Assembly: GCA_964016885.1 (NCBI GenBank)
Contig: OZ024740.1
Span: 19,530,001 to 19,594,000, forward strand
Direction of reading: 5' to 3'
Source of the DNA: Eledone cirrhosa
Taxonomy: Eukaryota
DNA: 64,000 nucleotides
Shown: in pieces, positions 41,701-55,437 of the stretch
Position numbering within the stretch: position 1 is the first letter of the stretch
Layout: each line of letters starts with the position of its first letter
The notes under the pieces: generated by a model
Told to the model about the DNA's origin: nothing
Database searches by the model: none
Seen by the model: the letters and a program-made list of their open reading frames with translations, nothing else
Position numbers and translations under genes: made by a program

Positions 41701-43480
41701 TGGTATGGTAGCCAGTATTGTATGGTAGCCTGTATGGTATGGTAGCCAGTATAGTATGGTAGCCAGTATGGTATGGTAGCCAGTATGTTATGGTAGCCAA
41801 TATAGTATGGTGGCCAGTATGGTATGGTAGCCTGTATGGTATGGTAGCCAGTATAGTATGGTAGCCAGTATGGTATGGTAGCCAGTATGTTATGGCAGCC
41901 AGTATAGTATGGTGGCCAGTATGGTATGGTAGCCAGTATGGTATGGTAGCCAGTATGGTATGGTAACCAGTATGGTATGGTAGCCAATATAGTATGGTGG
42001 CCAGTATGGTATGGTAGCCTGTATGGTATGGTAGCCAGTATGGTATGGTAGCCAGTATGGTATGGTAACCAGTATGGTATGGTAGCCAGTATGGTATGGT
42101 AACCAGTATGGTATGGTAGCCAATATAGTATGGTGGCCAGTATGGTATGGTAGCCAGTATGGTATGGTAGCCAGTATAGTATGGTAGCCAGTATGGTATG
42201 GTAGCCAGTATGTTATGGCAGCCAGTATAGTATGGTGGCCAGTATGGTATGGTAGCCAGTATGGTATGGTAGCCAGTATGGTATGGTAGCCTGTATGGTA
42301 TGGTAGCCAGTATGGTATGGTAGCCAATATAGTATGGTGGCCAGTATGGTATGGTAGCCTGTATGGTATGGTAGCCAGTATGGTATGGTAGCCAGTATGG
42401 TATGGTAACCAGTATGGTATGGTAGCCAATATAGTATGGTGGCCAGTATGGTATGGTAGCCAGTATGGTATGGTAGCCAGTATAGTATGGTAGCCAGTAT
42501 GGTATGGTAGCCAGTATGTTATGGCAGCCAGTATAGTATGGTGGCCAGTATGGTATGGTAGCCAGTATGGTATGGTAGCCAGTATGTTATGGCAGCCAGT
42601 ATAGTATGGTGGCCAGTATGGTATGGTAGCCTGTATGGTATGGTAGCCAGTATGGTATGGTAGCCAGTATGTTATGGCAGCCAGTATAGTATGGTGGCCA
42701 GTATGGTATGGTAGCCAGTATGTTATGGCAGCCAGTATAGTATGGTGGCCAGTATGGTATGGTAGCCTGTATGGTATGGTAGCCAGTATGGTATGGTAGC
42801 CAGTATGGTATGGTAACCAGTATGGTATGGTAGCCAATATAGTATGGTGGCCAGTATGGTATGGTAGCCTGTATGGTATGGTAGCCAGTATGGTATGGTA
42901 GCCAGTATGGTATGGTAACCAGTATGGTATGGTAGCCAATATAGTATGGTGGCCAGTATGGTATGGTAGCCAGTATGGTATGGTAGCCTGTATGGTATGG
43001 TAGCCAGTATGGTATGGTAGCCTGTATGGTATGGTAACCAGTATGGTATGGTAGCCTGTATGGTATGGTAGCCAGTATGGTATGTTAGCCACCATGTATG
43101 GTAGCCAGTATGATGGTAGCCAGTATGGTATGGTAGCCAGTATGGTATGGTAACCAGTATGGTATGGTAGCCAGTATAGTATGGTAGCCAGTATAGTATG
43201 GTAGCCAGTATGGTATGGTAACCAGTATGGTATGGTAGCCAGTATGGTATGGTAGCCTGTATGGTATGGTAGCCAGTATGGTATGGTAGCCAGTATGGTA
43301 TGGTAGCCTGTATGGTATGGTAGCCAGTATGGTATGTTAGCCACCATGTATGGTAGCCAGTATGATGGTAGCCAGTATGGTATGGTAGCCAGTATGGTAT
43401 GGTAGCCAGTATATATGGTAGCCAGTAAGTATGGCAGCCAGTATGTTTGGTAGCCAGTGTGTATGGTAGCCAGTAAGTAG
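32752..43480. repeat. Satellite 1: mixed 16-bp (GGTAGCCAGTATATAT) and 17-bp (GGTAGCCAGTATGGTAT) monomers with kb-scale higher-order repeats
   Basis: Direct reading; the rare variant GGGAGCCAGTATGGAATGG recurs at 33469, 36813 and 40344. Confidence 0.97.
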
Positions 43481-44111
43481 TGGTGATGGTGGTGGTGGTG
43501 GTGGTGGTGGTGATGATGGTGGTGGTGGCGGTGGTGATGGTGGCGGCGGAGGTGGTGGTGGTGGTGGTGATGGTGGTGATGGTGGTGGTGGTGGTGGTGG
43601 CGGTGGTGGTGGTGGCGGTGGTGGTGGTGGCGGTGGTGGTGGTGATGGTGGTGGTGGTGGCGGTGGTGGTGGTGGCGGTGGTGGTGGTGGCGGTGGTGGT
43701 ATTGCTAGGGATGGTACTAGTGTGGTAGATGATAACAGTGTCAAAGAGGATTTACAGTGAAATATGTGTGAATCAGTTCTTACATACATATATTATATAT
43801 AAATATATATATGATATATATGTATATATATATATATATATAGCTGTGTGTGTATGTGTGTGTATATATAAATATATATATGATATATATATGTGTGTGT
43901 ATGTGTGTGTATATATAAATATATATATGATATATATATAGGTGTGTGTGTATGTGTGTGTATATATAAAAATATATATGATATATATATAGATGTGTGT
44001 GTATGTGTGTGTATATATAAATATATATATGATGTATATGCATATATATATATATGTGTGTGTGTGTGTATGTGTGTGTATATATAAATATATATATATA
44101 TGATATATATG

Positions 44112-44144
<33 letters not shown>

Positions 44145-44259
44145 ATGTGTGTGTATATATAAATATATATATATATGATATATATGCATATATATATATA
44201 TATATGTGTGTGTGTGTATGTGTGTGTATATATAAATATATATATATATGATATATATG

Positions 44260-44292
<33 letters not shown>

Positions 44293-44334
44293 ATGTGTGT
44301 GTATATATAAATATATATATATATGATATATATG

Positions 44335-44365
<31 letters not shown>

Positions 44366-44574
44366 ATGTGTGTGTATATATAAATATATATATATATGAT
44401 ATATATGTATATTTATATATATGTGTGTGTGTGTGTGTATGTGTGTTCAGCTGCCGAAAGAAACAGCAAACATAATTAAGATATAAACTTCTGACATATT
44501 GATGTTGGAGGAGGTAATAGGAATTGTGAGAGGGACTGCATTGAAACATATCAGTGAAACCCGATAAAATATAT

Positions 44575-44672
<98 letters not shown>

Positions 44673-44693
44673 GGAGAGTGGGCAGAGAGAGGG

Positions 44694-44743
<50 letters not shown>

Positions 44744-44750
44744 GAGATAT
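43480..44750. repeat. (GGT)n followed by compound (TA)n/(TG)n and (GA)n microsatellites
   Basis: Direct reading. Confidence 0.9.
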
Positions 44751-45341
44751 GGTGGTGCATACATGAGGAAGAAAAGGTACTCCATACTAAACGTAGTGTG
44801 AATTATTTTATTGGAAACTGAAAATTTACAAATCCTGTTTGATTCCGAATTTCTCGTTGCCGATATTTGGACGGAGATCTTTTTTGTCTCCTTTTTGAGG
44901 TCATCACTCCCGATTGCCATTGCTTTTCCACAGATCCATGCTACCCGACACATACCAGTCAACCAGAAAATACCATTGTTATTTAAGGTTTATAACACCT
45001 TCCCGGCGGCCTGTCACATTTGAGTTCTTTACTCAGCTTTCGAAAGATTAGTCACCGCTCCCTGATGTACCCCGTGTACACCAAAAGATATAATATAAAC
45101 ATGTGTAGCACCATGAAATATATAGACTTCGGCGTAAGGAGATATAACAGGGTTATACTAGTTTTAAACTAGTAAGACCATTATTTAACAGAGTAGTCGA
45201 TACTTGGGATAGTTAAGTGTGCATATACTATATACAATATATAAAAAGGATCCATCGACTTTCATCAAATCGGACCAAGGAAACAATGTTTCCGTTGGTC
45301 TTTCTTGTTGATGATACTATCTATCACAACTCCAGGTAGAA

Positions 45342-45462
45342 GGAGCAACGTGGAATAAAATGTCTTGCTCAAGGACATAACGCATCGCCCGGTCCAGGAA
45401 TCGAACTCACAACCTCACGATTGCGAATTCAATTCTCTAACCACTCAGCCACACGCCTTCAC
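45342..45462 (-). mobile_element. tRNA-derived SINE head
   Basis: A-box TGGCTGAGTGG, B-box GAGTTCGATTCC, then GTCCTTGAGCAAGACA. Confidence 0.8.
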
Positions 45463-45528
45463 ATATATAATATACATATATATATATATGTGTGTGTGTA
45501 CTTGTGAGTGTGTGTGTGTGCGTGTACG

Positions 45529-45635
<107 letters not shown>

Positions 45636-45877
45636 CCGCTCCAGTTCCTCCAGTTTATACACGATGAAGGTAGAATTAAGTTTTATCACTGAAATATCAG
45701 TAATTCTTGACTTCATATCCAGAGGGAGATTGTTGTAATGAGGGGGGGGGGGGGGTATATAATAACTAGGGAGGTGGGAGGAGAACCGAGAGAGGGGGGT
45801 AGATGAAGGAGAGAGGGTAGAGAGAGAGAGTGATAGGGAGAAAGAGGGTGGATTAGATCAGAGAGAGAAAAGGAGAG

Positions 45878-45947
<70 letters not shown>

Positions 45948-46842
45948 AAGATAGATATTTGGAAAAGGAGAGTTCCGGTTTAACTGATTAGATAGAAAGA
46001 TTTAAAGATTTATATATAGAGAGAGAGAGGGGGTTGGTGTGATATAGAGAGGGTAGTAGTAAGAGATAAAGGGAAGTGAGAGAGAGGAGGAAGAACAGGA
46101 GAGAGATGTTGGTGTGATATAGAGAGGATAGTAGTAAGAGATAAAGGGAAGTGAGAGAGGTAGATGGAGAGAATATGAAAAACCTGATTTAATTGAATTG
46201 AAAGATGTTGAGAGTGCGAATGGGAGGAGGGGAATAAGAAGGTACAAAGAAAGGGAATGATGAGAGAGGGGGAGAGAGGGAGAGAGATGGGATATAAGGT
46301 GAAAAAAGGGATGATGATAGAGAGACAGGGAGAGGGGAGATAGAGAGGGGCAGAGGAAGATAGAGGGGGAGAGAGAGGGAGACAGAGATATAAGGAGAGG
46401 CGGAGGAAGATAGTAAACTGTGAGAGGAAGGGAAAATATTGTCAGATAAATAGAAAGTAACTGACCGAGATATATAGAAACTGAGCCAGAATACAATATA
46501 CAGAGAGACAGACAGACTGACAGACTGACAGACAGACTGACAGACTGACAGACAGACTGACAGACTGACAGACAGACAGACAGACTGACAGACTGACAGA
46601 CAGACAGACATAGAGACAAATTTCTGTTTATTTGCCACTAGGGCACAAAAGAAAGGGACATGTACATGGGTGGGGGGAGTTTACATAAAAATCGAGTAAG
46701 AAAAATATAACAAACAAAATAGTAACAAGAAGGTCCTCAATAGGGAGGGATCGTTTTGGGGTCACACACACCCCCGAAAAAAAGTGTGCGACCCTTCTCC
46801 ACGGGAGCACAAAGAGGGGGTGCTCCCTTCTTCCTGTTCCAC

Positions 46843-49800
46843 CTACAGGCTGAGGTAGAGAGAAGGCCCATTCACACGGGCCATTCTCGCAACTTTCACC
46901 CACCTTTCATAAAACTGGCTGGAGTGGAGCACCTCTCTCTCCATCCTGATCCTTCTTCCGAAATGGTATCGGAAGAAAAGGACCAGTTGTTGGCCGGAGA
47001 GAAAGGTGTCCGACCTCAGCCCTTTCAGACGCGTCCACCATATAACCTCTTTTACCATGGCTATTACACAGAGGAAGACCACCTCTCCTTCATTTTTGAA
47101 GGGGGGAGGCGGTTTGATAGTTACAATGGACTCGGTGGTCAACCTAATTGGTCCCACCCGTGACAGCAGTTGTTCGACATAGCCCCACAGATCGGCAACG
47201 CCCGGGCAGTGCACCAAAGCGTGCGCGACGGTTTCCTCGTCGCGCACGCATCTGGGACAGATCTTTTTCAAGGGGTCCCTACCCGGGCGCCCGTGTCTGT
47301 AGAGCTTATCCCGAACGGGCAGAGCCCCTCGGTAGCACTGCCAGGCCAAGGACTTCTGGAAGTTGTCCATAGGTCCCGGGCCGAAAGTCCTACCGAATAG
47401 ACTGGCCAGTTCGTCCTCCTCCATGCCTAGGGTTTCTCTGAGGGCGTCGTCGCACCCGCTAACCACCAGCCCTCTATAGAATGACGAGGTGGAGTCTCCG
47501 TCGATAGCCGGGTCCGCCTGCCAGAGAGCCGTGAGCGCCTGGGCACACTCGGTGTGCCAGTCGCCCAGTTTTCTCGGTCTTTGCTTCACCCAGGACTGCA
47601 GCTCGGTGAGCGAGACGAGCCTCGGGAAGGCTCGCCTCACAAACGGGGCCCACACCGGTTGACCGGTGAGGAATACCTGGAGGTGCCTTAGCCTCAATGC
47701 GTGTTTACGCATTTTTAGCCACGGCATCCCCAGCCCTCCTTTCAAAGGGTGTTGACAGCAGATGGATCTCCTCACCAGAGGAGACCTCTTCTTCCAAAGG
47801 AAATAAAAGAGGGCGCGCTCCATTTTGGCGAGGATCTCACCCGGGCAAGGCACGACAGTCAAGCGGTAATAGGTGACGGACGCTATGTAAGCATTCGCCA
47901 CCTCCGCCCGACCTTTCAGAGATAGTTTGCACTCGGCCCACTTCTGGGTCAGTGCAAACACCCTATTCGTCACCTCACCCCAGTTTTTCTCCACCTGGAG
48001 GTCCGGTCCGAACCAGACCCCAAGTAACTTCACCGGGCCCTCCGTCCACCGTCCGACGATACCGTCGCACGACATCGCTTTGCCCCTCCACTCACCGAGT
48101 TGCAAAGCGACTGACTTGTCCCGGTTCAGCTTAGCCCCTGTCAATCTTTCGTACTCCTCCAGTAAGGTGCCGATTGCCTCGATTTCCGAGGCCGTCGACA
48201 CCATAACTGTTACGTCATCGGCATAGGCCGACACCGCTTTGCGCATTCCCGGTTCCAAAGGGATGCCCTGCAACAACTCCAACTTCCGCAGTAGTGGCTC
48301 GAGAGCCAATACATACAGAAGGGAGGAGAGAGGGCACCCCTGTCGGATGGAGCGGGTGATTTCGAACGGCTCCGAAAGGTAGCCGTTCACCTTGACTCTA
48401 GAGCAGATGCGGCTGCTGTGCATGGCAGTGATCCAGCCCCTGAAAATGGGTCCGAACCCAGCCGCCGCTAGCACCGCATCCAGGTAACCATGGTCCACCC
48501 TATCGAACGCTTTAGACTGATCTAAATTTATCAGGGCCCCACCAAAGCCGGGTTCGTTCCCAACCCTCTCTATGATGTATCGCATGAGGTGGAGGTTGTC
48601 GTGGATGGACCTGGACGGGATAGCGCATGTCTGCGCATCTCCCACCAGGCCCCCCACGACAAGCGCCAACCTCTTCGCTAACACCTTGGCCAAAATCTTT
48701 AACTCTGCATTTAGCAGAGTTATGGGCCTAAAATTACTAATGTCATCCCCCTTGTTCTCGTCCTTCCTCACTAGCAAGACTACGCCCTTGGTCACAGAAC
48801 AGGGAATTCTCCCGTTCTGTTGCCAGTTGCAGTAGACCGCCTCGAGGAGATCGGGGAACAAGTCCGGCATATTAATATATAGTTCGTAGGGCAGACCATC
48901 GAGCCCTGGAGATTTGCGTTTGCCGCATAGGCTCAGCACGTCCCCTATTTCAGCAGCTGAGATCGGCCCGTCGCAGGACCTCGCCTCCTTGTCCGAAAGA
49001 CGCGGCAGGCCGTCGAGGTATGGACCGAAATCCACATCTCCAACCCCCCCCCCCCCCCGCCCCTCCCGAACAATTGGGCAAAGTGCCTTTGAAAGGCCTC
49101 GCACATTTGCTTAGGTTCAAGGATCACCCGTCCATCCTGGTCTCGCAAAGACCGTATAGTGGATTTAATCCCACTTTTCGCTTCTGTCACGCGGGCCCAG
49201 CTAACAGCTTTGGTCCCCTCGTTTCCCAGAGCACGTATTTTGCTTCGGACAACGCAGCCTTCGTGTTTCGCATCGAAGAACTGGTTCAAGGCCGTTCTCG
49301 ACGCTTGCACTCTTGCCACGTTGCCGCTTCTCATTGCCTCTTCAACATTAACTACCAACTCCCTTTCCTTCCTATTTCTATCTGAGGCTAACTCCTTACT
49401 AACTCCTATTGAAACTACTCTAATCTCTCTTTTTAGAGAGCCCCACCACCTGCTGTTGACGATGGCACCCGTCTACCGCTCCTTAACTAAGGTTCTAATC
49501 CGGTCCCTGTAAGCTCTACTTGCCGGTAAGGACAAGTTGAGCTTCCAGTAACCGGGTCCCTGCCTATGCGTTCTATCAAGGTGGACTACGCAGGTCACTA
49601 ACTTGTGGTCTGAATAGCCCACCATGAGCATTTCTGGACAACTTAAAAAGTCTCTATCCTTAATTCTAACTAAGAACCTATCTAGGTACGATCTAGATTG
49701 ACCACTGTTATTTGACCAAGTCCAGGTTGGCACAGTCGGAAAATCAAGTCAGTATATATCGGCCAGGTCAAATCGGCCGATTAACCCCTTAAGGCTGTTA

Positions 49801-50284
49801 CACCCCCTCTATCGGGACATGCCCCTACATAGTCCCAACGTGCATCTAGGATACCATTCCAGTCCCCCACTAAAAGCAAGGAGCGGGACGTCCCTAGAAA
49901 AGTCTCCAGACGATGGAAGAAGTCCGACCGCATTGCCCCAAAAGGGGCGTATACGGCAACAAGCCTAAAAGCTTCGCCTTCACCATTGCCAAGGTCCAGA
50001 ACCACGAGTCGACCCTCCGGGTCGAAGTGTACCGTCTGTGTAGCGAGACCCAGATGTTTTTGCAGCAGAACGACAACCCCACCCCCACCTCCGGGCTGAC
50101 AGAGAGATGCGTGCATCTCAAAGTCATCAAAGGTGGGGGCTAGCTGTCGCATGCTGCTGATCCGGGCCTCGCAAATAACCATCACATTTATACATTGTGA
50201 CCTGAGGTCACTTAGAAGTTTAGCTTGCTTCCAAGGTGAGCCCAGGCCACGCGCATTTAGACAACCTACTCTTAACACAGCCAT
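46843..50284 (-). pseudogene. LINE ORF2 (APE endonuclease + reverse transcriptase + C-terminal Zn finger), broken into several ORFs
   Basis: LNARGL, GDWN, SYLDRF, SDHK (endonuclease); KSPGLDG, FRPITLLN, DQSKAFD, RQGCPLS, YADD (RT); CPRC..H...C; frameshifts near 49780, 49470 and the 49043-49058 homopolymer, plus a stop near 49750. Confidence 0.93.
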
Positions 50285-50307
50285 GTTGATGGCAAAGAAA
50301 GAGGCAC

Positions 50308-51958
50308 TTACCTCTCTGCGTCCCGGGGTTCGGGCCGCTCAGTTTCCATGGGGCTGGTGGAGGGATTGATGGGTGGGGTGGTGGTTTGTGGTGGTGTGGG
50401 GGTATTAGTGTGTGGAGGGGTTGGGGTGTTTGGAGTTGTGTGGGTGTTTGAGGAGGGGAGGGGAAAACCTTTCAGGAGGACGCGGTTGAGTGGCCTGGTG
50501 CAGGGTGGCCCCACGTCCTCAGGGTAAATGTTTTTCAAAGTTTTGAAAATGTCAAGTGGGACTTTCACCATTTTCAGGTTAGGGAGTCCCATTGCCGTTA
50601 CAAAATTCGGCCCTTCGGTTTGTACCGAAGGGTTGTTTTCTATTTTTTCTGTTAGGTTTTTATTGTTTTTGTTTATGTATGTGTTGAGTTTTTGTGTTGT
50701 GTTTGTTTTTGCTTGTTGTTCTTGAGTGAGTTTGCGTTTTGTTGTCTGTGTTGTGTTGTCAGGTGGGGTTATTTTTGTTTGTGTGGTGTGTGTACGTTTT
50801 TTTCTTTTCACTTTTTGGAAGGGAGCCCCCTCGTCTTCCGACGATATGAGCTCCTCTTCCGTATTGGAGGGGGGGTATATCTCCGGGTTGTGTATGAACT
50901 GCGTGTGTTTTTGTATTTGTGTTCTGTGAGGAGGGGCTGGGTGGGACCGTGTTTTGGGTTGTTTTCTTGAGCTGTTGTTGATGTTGTTGTTGTTGTGCTG
51001 ATGGTGGAGGTGGTGTTGTTGGTTTTTGTTGTCGTTGTGGTGGTGATGGTAGTGTATTTTGTTGTTTTTGTGGTGGTGGTGCTGGTTGTTTTTGTTGTTG
51101 CTGTGGTGTTTGTAGCAGTGGTTTTTTGTTGTTAGTAGAGGGCAGGCCGTCCTCAGGTGACCTCTGCCAGCGCAGTGGTAACATGAGGGTCTCCTGCCTT
51201 CCACCGTAATATTTATAAAGGTTCGCCCATCCAGTAGGACTCGGTAGGGTATTCCGGCGATTCTCTCAGGTGTCATCTGTAAGAGAACCTCCAGACTTTT
51301 CCCCCGAACAGTCCACTGGTGGACTCCCTGCTGAAATAAGGATGTCCTTTTCTAGGTCCGTAAATCCTGTCAGGACGGACCAGATGTTAACTTCTGGCGT
51401 TGGGCTCCACATTCTTAGTCTCTGAGTTCTTCTCCCTTTATACGTGGGGAAGGTGTATTGTGGTGACACTATAGGTGCCACTGAGCATTTTTGCGCCAGC
51501 ATTTCGTCCTTCATTCGGACCATAATGCTGGCATACAGCTTTCCTCTTTCAATAAAAAGTATGTTTTCTTTAATGTCTTTCAATACCAGCTCAATTTGAC
51601 TTTCTGTCAATTGAGCTGGCTTTCTAGTTGCGTTGGATATCGTTCTGAAGGTTATGGTATTCCTATATACCTGTTGGCGAACTTCTTCCGGGGAGTTGAT
51701 CGTAAAAGAACCATCCTCCCCAAAAGATACGTATTTTCTGGCATCTAGCAAGTTTTGCTTAGCGTTAGTAATATCTATGGGCTTGTATTCGATAGCTTTC
51801 CTGACCGTTTGGGCAAAAGAAATTTTGTTGTCTTTGTTGCTTGTTGTTGTAATGTTGTTGGTTTCATTATTTGTGGTGTTATTTTTTTCTTCAAAATTTA
51901 GGTTTTCATTCGAATTAATATTCTTTTTTTTTTTCATTGGAGAGGAGGGGCTGTTCAA
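50308..51958 (-). pseudogene. LINE ORF1 (gag-like, zinc knuckle), frameshifted near 51270
   Basis: EGRRPSCYHCAGRGHLRTACP knuckle; lies immediately upstream of ORF2. Confidence 0.8.
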
Positions 51959-52347
51959 CAGTTTGAATGGTTGTTCCCTCTTTCTCGCTTATTTTTTTGG
52001 TAGGCGTGGCGTTAGCTTCCAATATGGCGATATCGTTTTCAACGATATCGATAAACATTTTTGAATTAAATATATTTTCACCCCAAAAGGGGTGAAAATT
52101 TATTTACCCTACGTCTACAGTCCCAGGCTAGGGGTTAGAGTCAATAATAAAAAACAATTTAAATAATGCACTCACAAATATTCCAGGTAAAAATTCCAAA
52201 TCGTTAGAGCCGATATGAAAGACGTCTACTATCAAAGACAGACAGACTGACAGACATACTGAGAGATATAGAGACTGACAGACATACTGAGAGATATAGA
52301 GACAGACATACTGACAGACATAGAGACAAAAAGAAACGAATTTCGGT

Positions 52348-52650
52348 AATCGTGCCAACCCTTACCTATGGTCATGAATCTTGGGTAATGACCGAAAGAA
52401 TACGATCGCGAATACAAGCGGCCGAAATGGGGTTACTCCGAAGTGATGGTCTTTGGAGTAACATTACTCGATAGAGGGCGTAGTTCAGAGATGAGAGAGT
52501 CACTCCAGGTAGTGCCGCTACTTCTCTGAATTGAGAGATCACAGCTCCGGTACTATGGACATGTGGCTAGAATGTCTCAGGAAATAATTACTGGACAGAA
52601 TTTACAGGCTAAATCAACCGGCGTGAGACTCAGGGGCAGACCCTCACAAC
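52348..52650 (+). mobile_element. RTE-clade LINE fragment (post-RT region)
   Basis: VPTLTYGHESWVMTERIRSRIQAAEMG..IERSQLRYYGHVARM..RGRP, with frameshift and stop. Confidence 0.85.
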
Positions 52651-52670
52651 CCTCCCAGGAATAAATAAAC

Positions 52671-52848
52671 GAAGAAGAAGAAGAAGAAGAAGAAGAAGAA
52701 GAAGAAGAAGAAGAAGAAGAAGAAGAAGAAGAAGAAGAAGAAGAAGAAGAAGAAGAAGAAGAAGAAGAAGAAGAAGAAGAAGAAGAAGAAGAAGAAGAAG
52801 AAGAAGAAGAAGAAGAAGAAGAAGAAGAAGAAGAAGAAGAAGAAGAAG
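52671..52848. repeat. (GAA)n microsatellite
   Basis: Pure tract. Confidence 0.98.
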
Positions 52849-53084
52849 ATATAATAAATAAACATATATTAATAATAAATAGGTATTTGGAGGGTATAGA
52901 GACAATTGCTGTTGTTATTTACGTAGATTGAGCCAGCCTCCTATGAGGTTACATCTCATTGGTGGTATCTTGATTGTCTAATAGAACTAGCCTTAGTCAT
53001 ATCATGTCACCATTTTTTCTGGTGGGATTTTTCCGAGATTTTAATGCACTGAGACGGAACACGAACAATTTCACCAATCTACTG

Positions 53085-54382
53085 ACCTAGCCTGGCCTAG
53101 CCTTGTCTGGTCTAGCCTGATCTGGTCTGGCCTGGTCTGGTCTGGGTTTGCCTGGTCTGGCCTTGCCTGGTCTGGTCTAGCCTGGTCTGGTCTGGCCTGG
53201 CCTTGTCTGGTCTGGTCTAGCCTGGTCTGGTCTGGTCTAGCCTTGTCTGGTCTGGTCTAGCCTGGTCTGGTCTGGCCTTGTCTGGTCTGGTCTAGCCTGG
53301 TCTGGTCTGGCCTGGCCTTGTCTGGTCTGGTCTGGCCTTGCCTGGTCTGGTCTGGTCTAGCCTGGTCTGGTCTGGTCTGGCCTGGCCTTGTCTGGTCTGG
53401 TCTAGCCTGGTCTGGTCTGGTCTGGCCTGGCCTTGTCTGGTCTGGTCTAGCCTGGTCTGGTCTGGCCTTGGCTGGTCTGGTCTAGTCTGGTCTGGTCTGG
53501 CCTGGCCTTGTCTGGTCTGGTCTAGCCTGGTCTGGTCTGGCCTTGTCTGGTCTGGTCTAGCCTGGTCTGGTCTGGCCTGGCCTTGTCTGGTCTGGTCTGG
53601 CCTTGCCTGGTCTGGTCTGGTCTAGCCTGGTCTGGTCTGGTCTGGCCTGGCCTTGTCTGGTCTGGTCTAGCCTGGTCTGGTCTGGTCTGGCCTGGCCTTG
53701 TCTGGTCTGGTCTAGCCTGGTCTGGTCTGGCCTTGGCTGGTCTGGTCTAGTCTGGTCTGGTCTGGCCTGGCCTTGTCTGGTCTGGTCTAGCCTGGTCTGG
53801 TCTGGTCTGGCCTTGTCTGGTCTGGTCTAGCCTGGTCTGGTCTGGCCTGGCCTTGTCTGGTCTGGTCTAGCCTGGTCTGGCCTGGCCTTGTCTGGTCTGG
53901 TCTAGCCTGGTCTGGTCTGGTCTGTCCTGGCCTTGCCTGGTCTGGTCAGGTCTGGTCTGGTCTGGCCTGGCCTTGTCTGGTCTGGACTTGCCTTGCCTGG
54001 CCTGGCCTGGCCTGGCCTTGTCTGGTCTGGTCTAGCCTGGTCTGGTCTGGTCTGTCCTGGCCTTGCCTGGTCTGGTCAGGTCTGGTCTGGTCTGGCCTGG
54101 CCTTGTCTGGTCTGGACTTGCCTTGCCTGGCCTGGCCTGGTCTGATCTGGCCTTGCCTGGCCTGGCTTGGTCTGGTCTGACCTTACCTGGCCTGGCCTGA
54201 TCTGGTCTGGCCTTGCTTGGCCTGGCCTGGTCTGATCTGGCCTTGCCTGGCCTGGCTTGGTCTGGTCTGACCTTACCTGGCCTGGCTTGGTCTGGTCTGG
54301 CCTTGCCTGGCCTGGCTTGGTCTGGTCTAGTCTGGCCTGGCCTGGCTTGGTCTGGTCTGGCCTTGCCTGGCCTTGCTTGGTC
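53085..54382. repeat. Pentanucleotide satellite (TCTGG/CCTGG/CCTTG/TCTAG)
   Basis: 5-bp periodicity with patterned variants. Confidence 0.95.
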
Positions 54383-54500
54383 GGGTACTTTATTTTATTG
54401 GTCCCAGAATAATTAAGGCAAAGTTGATTTCTGCGGGATTTGAACACAGAGTGCAGACTGTAGGGACAAATACCGCAATGCTCTGACGGTTCTACCAGTT
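54383..54500 (-). mobile_element. Diverged tRNA-derived SINE fragment
   Basis: GGTACTTTATTTTATT..AAGGCAAAGTTGA..GCGGGATTTGAAC. Confidence 0.7.
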
Positions 54501-55267
54501 GGTCGTCTGATTGTTAACAGATCGGGAACAATAATATATCATAGTATTGGAATGGAGTCAATCTGTTAATGAGTCTGAGCTCATAAAATCATTTGGCAGC
54601 AATAGCAATGTGAAGATCAATAATTCATAGTGACTTACGAAGTAATAAAAATAATAATCCTTTTAGAATACCAAAATAGAAGTGAGAAAGTTTGCTTTCA
54701 ACTAAAATATTGGACCTAAGCCTAGACAAAATCAAGACCAGACCAAAATCAATAGTGTTTAATAACGTAAAAACTCAGAAGAAAATCTAGTCGTTTTGCT
54801 AATCATAAAAATTTTGCTCATGTTAAAAATGTTGTTAATCGGGGAGATGATTGAGTTGGGAATGATTTTAAATATTCTACGGGAATAGAGTCAGACAGTG
54901 TGGTGAATAGATATGTGAGAGTGCTATTAACTCCGTTCATATACCATGGAGATCAACTTTGCATTTTAACCGTCTTCTTTACCTTATGGCCTGCTTCGAC
55001 TCCAGACATCAGCCTGTTAAACACCATGTTTCCAGTTTGAGGAAGTCTTCTTCACTCTCATCAGTCTCGGAGACTCCGAAAAGTGCCATGAACACTGCTC
55101 TTCACTCATGACTAAGCAATAAAAAAATATTTGTTAAATATGATTCGAGAACTATTATTATTTTTTTTTAGGAATCAATAATATTCAAAAAAAGAACAAA
55201 ATTAGAATTTCTTTTTTCGCTCTAACAAAGCGGATACGTAAATGCATTCGTGAGTTTTATATCGAAT

Positions 55268-55437
55268 AATAATTGTTTCTACTTTTGGCACAAGGCCAGC
55301 AATTATCCCAGTGCATTACTGGTACTTTATTTTATCGACACCATAAGGATGAAAGGCAAAGTTCACCTCGGTGGGATTTGAACTCAGATCATAAAGGGCC
55401 GTAACTCTTTGCTGCATAGCATGGCGTCCGACCCTCT
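55268..55437 (-). mobile_element. tRNA-derived SINE (short subfamily)
   Basis: Matches 58706-58872. Confidence 0.9.

Larger units (their letters stand above)
46621..52235 (-). mobile_element. Near full-length Tx1/L1-clade LINE, about 5.6 kb, disrupted
   Basis: ORF1 with CCHC knuckle, APE endonuclease, RT and C-terminal CCHC in order; AATAAA near the 3' end; matching GACA-rich flanks. Confidence 0.92.

Noticed and set aside
32782-43347. Long minus-strand ORFs with YWLPYHTGYHTILATIP repeats
   Set aside because: Same peptide appears in all three frames because monomer length is not a multiple of 3; satellite artefact
45395-45462. tRNA gene
   Set aside because: A and B boxes continue into SINE body sequence; no complete acceptor stem seen
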